IMG/VR virus record: IMGVR_UViG_3300046000_007143
Span: 1 to 60,786 of that record
DNA from: a virus
Lineage: Duplodnaviria; Caudoviricetes
Direction: 5' to 3' (one strand)
Length of the DNA: 60,786 bases
Position 1 is the stretch's first letter. Each line of letters opens with the position of its first letter. Shown here in pieces: positions 53,123 through 60,786 of this stretch. The notes under the pieces are model-generated. The model was not told the DNA's origin and did no database searches. It worked only from the letters and a program-made list of their open reading frames with translations. A program made the translations under genes and the position numbers.

Positions 53123-53917
53123 TTAGGCCGCTTGAGCAGCCGGGGTCTCGACCGCGCCAACGGCCGATTGGGGGAAGAAGGGAGCCAGGGCAGCAAAGCC
53201 CTCGCCGCGCTTGAACATGATGCGGGCCGGCATGTTGTACCGGTTGCCGGCGGTGAACGCGGGCTTGCCCTCGGTGTAGATCCAGCGTGTGTCGCCGCCG
53301 TCTGCACGGGCGCGCTCGCCCTTGCCCTCGGTCTTGATGGTCACGTCCTTCTTGACCAGCAGGATGGCGTCGACCTCGCGCTTCAGCAGCGCCTCGGCCC
53401 GCTTGTGCAGGTCGATGTCGTAGCGGCTGTAGGACTGCGTCTCGGGGTCGTCGAAGCGGCTGATGATCGCGTGACCGACCAGCACGACGGCCATGCCGCG
53501 CTCGTTGCGGAGGTAGTTCAGGCCGTCGAGTACCTGGAGCCACAGATTGTCGGCCTCGATGTAGCCCTTGCCGTAGCCGCCACCTGCCAGCTCGATCGAC
53601 TTGACGTTGGAGTCGCGGCAGACCTTGTCCCAGACCAGCTTCTGCAGGGCGGAGACGCTGTCGAGGACGACGGTCTGGAAGCTGTGCTCTTCCTGACAGA
53701 GCGACGTGATGGCCTCGATGACGCTCTCGAACGTGTCCAGCGTGCCGAAACTGTCCAGCACCAGGTCGCCGCTCTCGCCGCGTTCGGTTTGCAGGAACAC
53801 CGGCGCCGGGAATTCTGCCGCCAGCGTCGTCTTGCCCATCTTCTCGGGGCCGTAGATCAGGAGGCGCGGGGGTTGGTCAGCGCGGACCTTGCGCAGGGAT
53901 GAAAGGGTGATGGCCAT
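53123..53917 (-). CDS. AAA_24 / Sak4-like ATPase (B)
   Basis: Near-identical to 9188..9979. Confidence 0.88.
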   Translation of the reverse strand: MAITLSSLRKVRADQPPRLLIYGPEKMGKTTLAAEFPAPVFLQTERGESGDLVLDSFGTLDTFESVIEAITSLCQEEHSFQTVVLDSVSALQKLVWDKVCRDSNVKSIELAGGGYGKGYIEADNLWLQVLDGLNYLRNERGMAVVLVGHAIISRFDDPETQSYSRYDIDLHKRAEALLKREVDAILLVKKDVTIKTEGKGERARADGGDTRWIYTEGKPAFTAGNRYNMPARIMFKRGEGFAALAPFFPQSAVGAVETPAAQAA

Positions 53918-54069
53918 TATGCGGCGTCCTTCTGCGTGACTGCCCAGCCGTTCTTGGACAGCGCCGCGATCGTGCGAAACGCGATGTTGATGTCGTCATC
54001 GTCTCGGTTCTTGCGACCGGCTTGATTTGCCAGCGCGTCCGCCAGTGCGGCGACTTCAGTCGGGATCAT
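53917..54069 (-). CDS. 50-aa hypothetical protein (B-specific)
   Basis: MIPTEVAALADALANQAGRK...; TAATG coupling. Confidence 0.55.
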   Translation of the reverse strand: MIPTEVAALADALANQAGRKNRDDDDINIAFRTIAALSKNGWAVTQKDAA

Positions 54070-54070
54070 C

Positions 54071-54646
54071 TCAAACTTCTCCGTCTTCATCTGGCGCGTC
54101 GATGAACCAGCCGCCGGTCGCGCCGTCCGTGTGCGGGTGGAAGTTGAGGGTGATCGGTTCCGCCGGGCGGATCATCACTCGGGCAATGGGTGTGCGGTGA
54201 CCGCCCTGCGGCATCCATGCGAGGACCAGGCCGGTCACGAACCGGTCGTCGTCGATGACGTGGTGCGCGGTCAGCAAATCCAGAACCGCCTTGGCCTGAT
54301 TGTCGAGATCGGCGCGCAGGTTCGTCCGCTCGACGCCGATCATCACGACGACGCGGCCCGGCACGCGGTCGCATCCGTCAGCAGCCATCTGCTCGCGAAT
54401 GCGCCAGCCGGCCTCTTGCAGCCACGCCTTGTACTTCGGCGTCTTGAAGCGACCGCGGACGCTGTTCGAGAACAGGTTGTTGACCGACGGCGGCGCGGGA
54501 ATGGTGAGGGTGGTGCAGGCGGAAGCGCCGGGGGACGACGCTCCCGCCTGCTGGCGCACCCCAGGCACGGAAACCGCGCCGGGATTCTGTTCGCCCATCA
54601 GGGCAATGTGGTCGGCGGCTTCGGCCGCAGCGATGTGAGCACGCAT
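54071..54646 (-). CDS. rusA: RusA-family resolvase (B)
   Basis: PPSVN, DLDNQAKAVLDLL, IDDDRFV. Confidence 0.88.
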   Translation of the reverse strand: MRAHIAAAEAADHIALMGEQNPGAVSVPGVRQQAGASSPGASACTTLTIPAPPSVNNLFSNSVRGRFKTPKYKAWLQEAGWRIREQMAADGCDRVPGRVVVMIGVERTNLRADLDNQAKAVLDLLTAHHVIDDDRFVTGLVLAWMPQGGHRTPIARVMIRPAEPITLNFHPHTDGATGGWFIDAPDEDGEV

Positions 54647-54867
54647 CAGCGACGCTCCCGCCAGCGACGGACAGCGACGAGCACACGGGCAGCCAGAAGC
54701 TGCAGGTGCGACGCGATCCAGCCCGGCCCCGAAAGGAACCAAGCGGTCGCTTTACCGAGAACCCATACCGGCCCGAGGATGATCGCAAGGACCACCATCA
54801 ACGGCGTGAAGGAGGGCCGCTGCCCGTCCGAGTTCTGCGGCTTGGATGCGGCGTTGTTCTGCCTCAT
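54646..54867 (-). CDS. Small putative membrane protein overlapping the cII-position gene
   Basis: Homolog of 10738..10959. Confidence 0.6.
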   Translation of the reverse strand: MRQNNAASKPQNSDGQRPSFTPLMVVLAIILGPVWVLGKATAWFLSGPGWIASHLQLLAARVLVAVRRWRERR

Positions 54868-55174
54868 GGTCCAGCCTGTTTCTTTCCGATGCGATGAAAT
54901 CGGTCAGCCCGTGTCCGATCACGCCACCCAGGATCGGGAGCGCGAGGGACCAGCCGCCGTTTTTGTGGCTCAGGATCTTTTCGACCGTCCTGAGTGATGC
55001 TTCACCACGGAGTAGGCGCTTGGCCTCATCCGGGGTCAGGTCCCAGCACCGCTCGATGTTCTTAAGGGTGTGCGTGGGCCACCGCCCCTGCACGTAGGCC
55101 CGCAGGCCGGACTTGAAGTCCGGTGCGGAAACGCCCCTATCGTGGTGCTGGAATGTCATCATCGCGTCCGTCAC
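54752..55174 (-). CDS. cII-position protein (B)
   Basis: Homolog of 10844..11275. Confidence 0.65.
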   Translation of the reverse strand: MTDAMMTFQHHDRGVSAPDFKSGLRAYVQGRWPTHTLKNIERCWDLTPDEAKRLLRGEASLRTVEKILSHKNGGWSLALPILGGVIGHGLTDFIASERNRLDHEAEQRRIQAAELGRAAALLHAVDGGPCDHPRAGMGSR

Positions 55175-55307
55175 AGTGAACCTCGTTGGAAGGCACTGAA
55201 GACAGCAGCGAAGAGGGAGTTGGAGAAGTGATCGACACGGCCGGCGCCAACCGGAACGGGTCGAATGGAAGCGGCAAGGGGGTGCGCCAACACCCCCGAA
55301 GCCGGGC
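55175..55307 (-). ncRNA. Candidate regulatory RNA (GUUGGCGC-loop hairpins)
   Basis: Conserved with 11276-11416. Confidence 0.5.
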
Positions 55308-55339
55308 GCGTTACAGAGATGTAACGGCAGTCGCTCAGA

Positions 55340-55696
55340 TTGTGGTTGCGCGCGGCTCTATTGCCACGCTTGATGGAAATCCGGCGCACGGGGGCGTCAC
55401 GGAGAGTACCATTGCAGAGCGTAGCCAAGCTGGCGGAGGCGTCGGTCGTCGCCCCGCCCTCGACCGAACTGTGCCTGATCGCAGGCGTCATCATCCACCT
55501 GTCATCCGGCAAGCCCAAACGGGTCGAGCGGATGGTCAAGTCGATGCGGGAGTTCACGGACGGGCACCGCAACATGGCGTCGGTCATCCGCATCCGGGGG
55601 GCGGAGTACGACGAGCAAGTGCTGGACAGCATGGAGAAGGCCGCCGCCTGGCTGGAGCGAATGGAGCCGTTCCTGCTGATGATGGCCAAGCGGTAG
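55340..55696 (+). CDS. Antisense helical protein in the cro operon (start uncertain)
   Basis: Homolog of 11441..11794. Confidence 0.65.
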   Translation: MWLRAALLPRLMEIRRTGASRRVPLQSVAKLAEASVVAPPSTELCLIAGVIIHLSSGKPKRVERMVKSMREFTDGHRNMASVIRIRGAEYDEQVLDSMEKAAAWLERMEPFLLMMAKR

Positions 55697-55697
55697 G

Positions 55698-55889
55698 TCA
55701 TGCCACGCCCCGCATCAGGTCTAGAGCTGGAACGCCGACGATAGCCGCCAGCTTCTCTGCGCTCTCGAAACTCGGACGACTTGCGCCAGTCTCGATGCGC
55801 CAGATTTGTTGCCTCGACAGTCCGACCTTCTCGCCCAACTCTCGCTGGGTGATTTCGGCCTTCTCGCGAAATGAAGTGATCGGGTGCAT
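55698..55889 (-). CDS. Cro-like XRE repressor (B)
   Basis: FREKAEITQRELGEKVGLSRQQIWRIETGASRPS. Confidence 0.82.
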   Translation of the reverse strand: MHPITSFREKAEITQRELGEKVGLSRQQIWRIETGASRPSFESAEKLAAIVGVPALDLMRGVA

Positions 55890-55898
55890 GTCGATCAA

Positions 55899-55983
55899 GT
55901 TACACGGGGTGTGACCTGATGCAAGCGGAAAGTTACACCCGGCGATGACGACAGCGACTGCCGTCCGTTTCACCCTGTGCGAC
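55899..55983. promoter_or_regulatory. OR-like operators of B (GTYACA-N5-TGTRAC)
   Basis: GTTACACGGGGTGTGAC 55899-55915, half-site GTTACA at 55932, GTTTCACCCTGTGCGAC 55967-55983. Confidence 0.72.
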
Positions 55984-56325
55984 ATGGGGAAAAAGGTCAG
56001 GCCAACGACGTCGGAGATGATCGAGCCGCTGCCGATGCTGCGCGTCATCCGCAAGGAGATGGGCAAGACCCAGGATTGGCTGGCCGAGCAGGTCGGCATG
56101 ACCAAGGCCAGCATCTCGCGCATAGAGAAGGGCGACCAGAACTGGGACGCCGCTTTCCTGCGAGCTGCAGCGCGCGCCCTCTCGGTTGATTCGGCAGATC
56201 TCCTGAAGCGCCGGACACCACAAGAGACAGCCGTCATGCTGGCCATGCGAGGCCTTGGACCCAAAGGCCAGCAAGCCGCCGTCGACATGGTTCGAGCCTT
56301 GGAGCGTAGCGGCACCGACAGCTAG
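55984..56325 (+). CDS. CI-like XRE repressor (B), no S24 domain
   Basis: LRVIRKEMGKTQDWLAEQVGMTKASISRIEKG. Confidence 0.88.
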   Translation: MGKKVRPTTSEMIEPLPMLRVIRKEMGKTQDWLAEQVGMTKASISRIEKGDQNWDAAFLRAAARALSVDSADLLKRRTPQETAVMLAMRGLGPKGQQAAVDMVRALERSGTDS

Positions 56326-56358
56326 TTCCACCCCGCGCAACTTTTCCTGTTGCGCTAA

Positions 56359-56375
56359 GTCACACGCCATGTAAC
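56359..56375. promoter_or_regulatory. OL-like operator of B
   Basis: GTCACACGCCATGTAAC between TTGCGC and TAACTT promoter-like hexamers. Confidence 0.72.
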
Positions 56376-56405
56376 TTTGTGGTCATCACAAAGGAGGACA
56401 TTGGC

Positions 56406-56690
56406 GTGTCGCACCCCAACCAAATCGCACTCCCCGTCGCCGTCGGCCGCTGGATCGACCAGTCGCAGGCGCTGCCTGACGCGGTCGCCGTTGAGCGGCT
56501 GAGTGACAAGTTCATCTTCATCACCGAGGCGATCGACGTGCTGGCGTCCGACACGGACGATGCGCCGGTCGAGATCCGCGGCCTGTCCGTCATCGATCTC
56601 ATGTCGGCGCAGGCGACGCTCACGATCGAGATCGGCACGCGGCGTCGGCATGCCGAGATTGGCGAGCGGATGCTGGAGCGTGCAGCGTGA
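56406..56690 (+). CDS. First early-operon protein
   Basis: Homolog of 12510..12785. Confidence 0.8.
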   Translation: MSHPNQIALPVAVGRWIDQSQALPDAVAVERLSDKFIFITEAIDVLASDTDDAPVEIRGLSVIDLMSAQATLTIEIGTRRRHAEIGERMLERAA

Positions 56691-56887
56691 CCGCCCTCTC
56701 CTACTTCGACACGCCGGCGCACCCGCTCGGCATCGTCACGCACCCGAACTGGGACGCCGTTCGTGATCGCTGGAACGCGCTGTACTGCGCCCGCATCCTG
56801 AACGCCGCCCGCGAAGACCGCGACCAGAAGAGGGGCCGGGCTCCGGCTCGGCCCCTCGGGAGCGTCAACCTGGGAGCCGACCAATGA
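56687..56887 (+). CDS. Conserved small early protein
   Basis: Homolog of 13108..13293. Confidence 0.75.
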   Translation: MTALSYFDTPAHPLGIVTHPNWDAVRDRWNALYCARILNAAREDRDQKRGRAPARPLGSVNLGADQ

Positions 56888-57306
56888 CTGCCTCAGACAG
56901 CCTGATAGAGCGGCTTTCCGTTGCGGAGGTGGGGAGCCGGGAGTTGGATGCTCACGTCGAGGTCGCCGTTCGTCGCGTAGAGGCCTCGCGTGTTCTGCCA
57001 AACCCGGCCACGTGGGCAAAGTGGGAGCCGTGCCGCGATGGCTATGTGCAAGACCCGCACACCCGATACGCGAGCAACCCCGTCACCACCTCCCTAGACG
57101 CTGCTCTTGCTCTGGCGGAGCGGGTTCTGCCGGGGTGGGCGTGGGAAATCCGTACAGACCTCGCGGGAGCCTCCGTTCAGGCCGCGCCTTCATGGTGGCT
57201 TGAGGGCCTCGCCGCGCCGGACGAGGGCGGCGTGTCAGTCGATGGAAAGACAAGCGCACTGGCTGTCTGTCTAGGGGTCCTGAAAGCCAAGGAAGCATCT
57301 CAATGA
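56884..57306 (+). CDS. Phage early protein (SRELDA...T.SLDAALAL..RVLPGW family)
   Basis: Common phage motif; coupled overlaps. Confidence 0.7.
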   Translation: MTASDSLIERLSVAEVGSRELDAHVEVAVRRVEASRVLPNPATWAKWEPCRDGYVQDPHTRYASNPVTTSLDAALALAERVLPGWAWEIRTDLAGASVQAAPSWWLEGLAAPDEGGVSVDGKTSALAVCLGVLKAKEASQ

Positions 57307-57725
57307 CTGGATTAGAAGAGTTGGGTTCACTCCCGGCTGCGCCGTCCGTACTCGGCGGTGATGTGTCGAAGACCGTCACTGACCTTCAGGCATGGCTGGC
57401 CCCGGCTCCGCGAACCGTGACCTATCCGAGCGGGAGCTATTTGAGCCTCGCGCCGCATATGGAATGCGCTGACGGGTTTAAGATGTCGGTGCAGGCCAGC
57501 CGGACGCACTACTGCCAGCCCCGCGAAGACTACGGGCGCTGGTACTTGGTCGAGGTCGGCTATCCGAGCGCGAGGGTCGAGGCCTTCATGGAATATATGG
57601 ACGGGGCGGACAGCGTCCCGACCGACACCGTCTATGGCTACGTCCCGATTGAGGTCGTTGCTCAGGCGATCATCGACCACGGCGGCTTCAAGGCTACCAC
57701 AGCCGCCGAAACGGTCTCGGCATGA
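57303..57725 (+). CDS. Phage protein (C.DGF.MSVQAS..HYC.PR family)
   Basis: VEVGYPS, TVYGYVP, HGG motifs. Confidence 0.75.
   Translation: MTGLEELGSLPAAPSVLGGDVSKTVTDLQAWLAPAPRTVTYPSGSYLSLAPHMECADGFKMSVQASRTHYCQPREDYGRWYLVEVGYPSARVEAFMEYMDGADSVPTDTVYGYVPIEVVAQAIIDHGGFKATTAAETVSA
57324..57356 (-). repeat. REP/attC-like bulged hairpin, copy 5
   Basis: Minus strand GCCGAGTACGGACGGC-GCA-GCCGGGAGTGAACC. Confidence 0.5.
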
Positions 57726-57988
57726 GCGGGGTAGAGGGGCTGAAGCCTTGTCCGTTTTGCGGTGGCGAGGCATGGTTGAACGACTACGAGGCAAAATACA
57801 GCGACCTGCCGCCCCAGAGCAGGGCTCCGCAATGCAGATCGTGCGGTGTGTCGCCCGGCTATCTGGCCACGTCCGCTAAAGCCATCGCCGCATGGAACCG
57901 CCGCGCCGCTCTCTCCGCTATAGAAGGAAGAGGGGGTGCACTACAGCCTTCGGCTTCCGTACCCACGGAGCGTGAGGTCAGGCCCTAA
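57722..57988 (+). CDS. Lar-family restriction-alleviation-like protein
   Basis: LKPCPFCGGEA...CRSCG...AIAAWNRR. Confidence 0.8.
   Translation: MSGVEGLKPCPFCGGEAWLNDYEAKYSDLPPQSRAPQCRSCGVSPGYLATSAKAIAAWNRRAALSAIEGRGGALQPSASVPTEREVRP
57935..57966 (-). repeat. REP/attC-like bulged hairpin, copy 6
   Basis: Minus strand GTGGGTACGGAAGC-CGAA-GGCTGTAGTGCACC. Confidence 0.55.
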
Positions 57989-58023
57989 CTATGCATTATA
58001 CATACCATTAGGAATATGTTCAC

Positions 58024-58194
58024 ATGGCAGATGACAGGCCGGCACCAGATTACGAAGCCCACCAGAAAGCAGAGGTGATCCGCTATTTGACGGCATGGGA
58101 TGCGGGGGAAGAGTTGGGCGAGCCAGAATTCGACCGATGCCTAACTCTCAATGAGTTGGCTGGCTTCTTGGTCGGTATATTTCAGCGCCGATAA
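58024..58194 (+). CDS. 56-aa acidic protein (absent from the ORF track)
   Basis: MADDRPAPDYEAHQKAEVIRYLTAWDAGEELGEPEFDRCLTLNELAGFLVGIFQRR after an AT-rich promoter-like stretch. Confidence 0.45.
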   Translation: MADDRPAPDYEAHQKAEVIRYLTAWDAGEELGEPEFDRCLTLNELAGFLVGIFQRR

Positions 58195-58666
58195 GCGACA
58201 CTTCGAGTTGGGCCGTTTCCAAATCGTCAGCAGCCTGCACAAGCTCGGCGGCTGTGTACTGGACGATGACGTGGCGCATACCCGGAAGGCCTACCTTCTT
58301 GCCGATTTCGTCGTACCACTTCTGAAGACCACCAACGTCTGCGACGGCCACTGCATCGCCCTTCGACACGACCCGTCCGTGAGTCAATCGCCCTCGGATT
58401 TCCACAGCTTTTGCAACAGCCCCTATAGCTTTGTCGTAGCGACGGACCTCGGGTGACTTGTCTGCGGTCAGGCGAACCAGGTGGCGGCGGAACTGTTTCG
58501 TTCGGTGTGAGAAGCGACCATCAATCCGCTCGCGCTGACTTTCATCGCGGGTCTTGTCCTTTTCGAACCAGTGTATCTGGGTTTGGATTTCTTGATCGAG
58601 CCGCCCAAAGGCAAGAATGATCTTGCCTACCAAAAGCGGCAACACATCTTCTTTGGAGGCTGACAT
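58148..58666 (-). CDS. Low-GC antisense moron, HEPN-like protein
   Basis: LVGKIILAFGRLDQEI helix and R-x4-H (RGRLTH); GGAGAGGGG RBS. Confidence 0.6.
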   Translation of the reverse strand: MSASKEDVLPLLVGKIILAFGRLDQEIQTQIHWFEKDKTRDESQRERIDGRFSHRTKQFRRHLVRLTADKSPEVRRYDKAIGAVAKAVEIRGRLTHGRVVSKGDAVAVADVGGLQKWYDEIGKKVGLPGMRHVIVQYTAAELVQAADDLETAQLEVSLIGAEIYRPRSQPTH

Positions 58667-58967
58667 GACCGCCCCCTCTCCCCAAGAAGCAGGGGCTGTG
58701 GCTTGGCGATGGCGGTTCCATGCTGACGATGCTTGGCACTACGGCCCCGACCATCCCGGCCCGTTCCGGTTTGGCGACCCTGACGACATTGAACCCCTCT
58801 ACGCAGCAGCCCCCGCCCCTCAAGGGATGCTACGGGAGGCGATTGCGGCATGGGGCGCGGTCGAGGAGGTCGCCTTCGCCCAGCGCGATCTTGGTGTTGC
58901 GGTCGTTCTTTTCGACGCCGTCAACCGCAGTCGCGCCCTTCTCGCAGCAAAAGGGGAAGGGCGGTGA
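58665..58967 (+). CDS. Hypothetical early protein
   Basis: GGAGG RBS; AVAWRWR...EPLYA module. Confidence 0.65.
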   Translation: MTAPSPQEAGAVAWRWRFHADDAWHYGPDHPGPFRFGDPDDIEPLYAAAPAPQGMLREAIAAWGAVEEVAFAQRDLGVAVVLFDAVNRSRALLAAKGEGR

Positions 58968-59317
58968 GCGAGCGCATCCATTTGCCCGACCTCCTCAAGC
59001 TCGCCGGCTACAGCCGCACCACCCTGCGCAACCGGCAGATCGCCGGCGCCATGCCCCTGCCGATCGACCGCGGCGCCAGGGGCGGGATCTTCGACAAGGC
59101 CGCGGTTCTCAAAGCCCTTGGGATGACGCAAGATGCAACCCCCGACCCCGCCGACGCATGGACATTCAAACCCGATGCCTACCGTGACGCTCTCGCTGGG
59201 AAGGTACGTCGTCCTCAAGAAGCGCGCGGACGGCACCAGCAGGGCGTACTTTCAAGTTCCGGCACGTCTGCGCCCCTCCGGCTGGTCTCCGGCCATACCG
59301 CTGCCCCGCACGGCTGA
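58964..59317 (+). CDS. xis: Excisionase / AlpA-like protein (B)
   Basis: Homolog of 15653..16006. Confidence 0.7.
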   Translation: MSERIHLPDLLKLAGYSRTTLRNRQIAGAMPLPIDRGARGGIFDKAAVLKALGMTQDATPDPADAWTFKPDAYRDALAGKVRRPQEARGRHQQGVLSSSGTSAPLRLVSGHTAAPHG

Positions 59318-60314
59318 TCGACGGGGCATTCTGGACGCGACCGAGGTCGCTGCGATCAGGCGTGACGCGGAGACCCTGTACGGCGAGCTCATGCAGGCGA
59401 AGACCGGCGACACCGTCCGACCGCCTGAGCGCAGCCTGTCGACGCTCGTGGATGCCCTGCAGCGGTCTCCTGAGTGGGCCGCGCTGTCGGAGAAGACGCG
59501 CGTCGGCTACGAGACCGGGTTCAAGAAGATCCTGGCATGGTCGAAGTCGTGCGGTCACCCGGACCCGACCGCCCTGCCCCGCTCGGCGATCCTGCAGTTC
59601 CTCGCGGACTTTGACGCGACGCCAGACCGCCCTGCCCGGCATACGGCCAAGAAGCACACCGCCGCGGTCCTGCGCCTCGTTCTCGAGCAGGCGATCAACA
59701 AGGGCTGGCGCACGGACAACCCGGCGCGCGGCATCCGGATCAAGGTGCCGAAGACCAAGGCGACGATCTGGGAGCAGAAGGACGTCGACTGCTATGTGAA
59801 GGCCGCGCGCGATACGGGCGTGCCGTCGATCGCCCTCATCATCCTGCTGGAATGGGAGATCGGGCAGCGCCTGACCGACGTGCGCGCGTTCCGGCCGGGC
59901 GCCGAGTACGATGCCGAGCGTGGCGTGTTCTCGTTCCGGCAGTCCAAGACCGACGAGCCGGTGTCGATCGAGGTGTCGCTGGAGTTGCGGGCGCTGCTGA
60001 AGACGGCCGGCGAGGGGCAGTTGTTCCTATTCCGCAACGACCGCACCGGCAAGGCCTACACCGAGAACCGGCTGTCCAAGACCTTCGCCTGGGTGCGTGT
60101 CGCCGCGGTCAAAGCGGGCGGTCGTCCGCTGATCCTGAAGCAACTCCGGCACTCGTGCATCGTGCAGTTGGCACGCGCCGGATGCACCGTGCCCGAGATC
60201 GCAGCCATCACAGGCCATGCGCTGACGAGCGTGAACAGCATATTGAGCGTGTATCTGCCGCGCGATACGGCGGTCGCGAGGGCGGCGCAGGTGAAGAGGG
60301 GGTTGGTGAAGTGA
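59175..60314 (+). CDS. int: Tyrosine recombinase (integrase) B
   Basis: Nearly identical to A int apart from one loop indel. Confidence 0.93.
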   Translation: MPTVTLSLGRYVVLKKRADGTSRAYFQVPARLRPSGWSPAIPLPRTADRRGILDATEVAAIRRDAETLYGELMQAKTGDTVRPPERSLSTLVDALQRSPEWAALSEKTRVGYETGFKKILAWSKSCGHPDPTALPRSAILQFLADFDATPDRPARHTAKKHTAAVLRLVLEQAINKGWRTDNPARGIRIKVPKTKATIWEQKDVDCYVKAARDTGVPSIALIILLEWEIGQRLTDVRAFRPGAEYDAERGVFSFRQSKTDEPVSIEVSLELRALLKTAGEGQLFLFRNDRTGKAYTENRLSKTFAWVRVAAVKAGGRPLILKQLRHSCIVQLARAGCTVPEIAAITGHALTSVNSILSVYLPRDTAVARAAQVKRGLVK

Positions 60315-60520
60315 GGGGAACGATTGGCGAGCTTGAGGCCACGGAGTGGGCCAGACGCCTCTTTGATTTGGCGCCCGACGACACGCCTCGTGGCATCATG
60401 ATCGAGATCGCGGCGCGGTCCCTGTCGGACATCCGCGCAGTTCGTGAGGGGGCGCAAAGGGATGCGGCGATCCTCATGCGCAGGTTGGCCCGAGGCTGCC
60501 CCTGCTGCGGAAGACCATGA
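60311..60520 (+). CDS. Hypothetical protein
   Basis: GTGA overlap with the int stop; C-terminal CPCCG. Confidence 0.5.
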   Translation: MRGTIGELEATEWARRLFDLAPDDTPRGIMIEIAARSLSDIRAVREGAQRDAAILMRRLARGCPCCGRP

Positions 60521-60601
60521 ACCTTTCGCAAACAAAAGTTGGACGTCCACCCGTTTCAGAGTTGGACGCCCAACATTGCGAAGGCTCTAAAAGCCCGCTG
60601 C

Positions 60602-60782
60602 GATTGGTCGGAGTGAGAGGATTCGAACCTCCGACCCTCTGGTCCCAAACCAGATTGTCACCGTTGAATTCGTTCAGGTCCGTCCAACTGTTTCTGAAAT
60701 GTTCGCGTGTTATGAATCAAACACTTGCGGACCGAGTTGGACGGATTTGCCCCGGTTGACCGTCCGAAAAAGAAGGCAGAAA
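60602..60782. repeat. 181-bp direct repeat (attP-like junction), identical to 17540-17720
   Basis: Base-by-base comparison; upstream arm sites AGTTGGACG at 60537 and 60560. Confidence 0.95.
60605..60655 (-). pseudogene. 3' half of tRNA-Pro(TGG), att core
   Basis: Same 51-bp fragment as 17543-17593, again lacking the 5' half. Confidence 0.92.
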
Positions 60783-60786
60783 TCCT
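60605..60786. mobile_element. Start of a probable third related prophage
   Basis: The core is followed by phage arm sequence (arm sites, IHF site), not the host tRNA 5' half. Confidence 0.65.

Larger units (their letters stand above)
17543..60655. mobile_element. Prophage B, apparently complete temperate podovirus-like phage (43,062 bp core to core)
   Basis: Bounded by identical att cores; complete head, tail, lysis, replication, immunity and integration modules. Confidence 0.93.

Overview
A high-GC window, probably from an alphaproteobacterial host (the GcrA-, CtrA- and DnaA-like domains suggest Caulobacteraceae), made entirely of a head-to-tail array of related temperate prophages integrated at the 3' half of a tRNA-Pro(TGG) gene. 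Positions 1-17593 are the replication, immunity, early and integrase arm of prophage A. Positions 17543-60655 are an apparently complete prophage B of about 43.06 kb. It has BPP-1/epsilon15-type podovirus morphogenesis genes (terminase, portal, capsid, T7-like tubular A/B, ejection proteins, tailspike), a GH19 lysis cassette, a Prim-Pol/helicase/Sak4/RusA replication module, a lambda-like cI/cro switch and a tyrosine integrase; no RNA polymerase gene was found. An identical 181-bp attP-like junction at both ends of B implies a third element beginning at the window end. A and B are syntenic but carry unrelated repressors and operators, so they are probably heteroimmune. Main observations: (1) a circularly permuted, YrlA/Y-RNA-like tRNA mimic and a second tRNA-like fold at 20380-20614; (2) a coupled trio of stand-alone CtrA-like, DnaA domain IV and GcrA-like DNA-binding domains; (3) a six-copy family of REP/attC-like bulged hairpins at early-gene module boundaries; (4) an eight-copy late-promoter motif (GTGCGTTGAR), five copies of which appear to drive leaderless mRNAs, including a 17-aa uORF coupled to the lysis cassette; (5) GUUGG-loop hairpins complementary to UUCCAAC motifs beside ribosome-binding sites; (6) an RcGTA-type head-spike gene pair; (7) a HEPN-like antisense moron. 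All calls were made by eye from motifs and synteny; no database searches were run.
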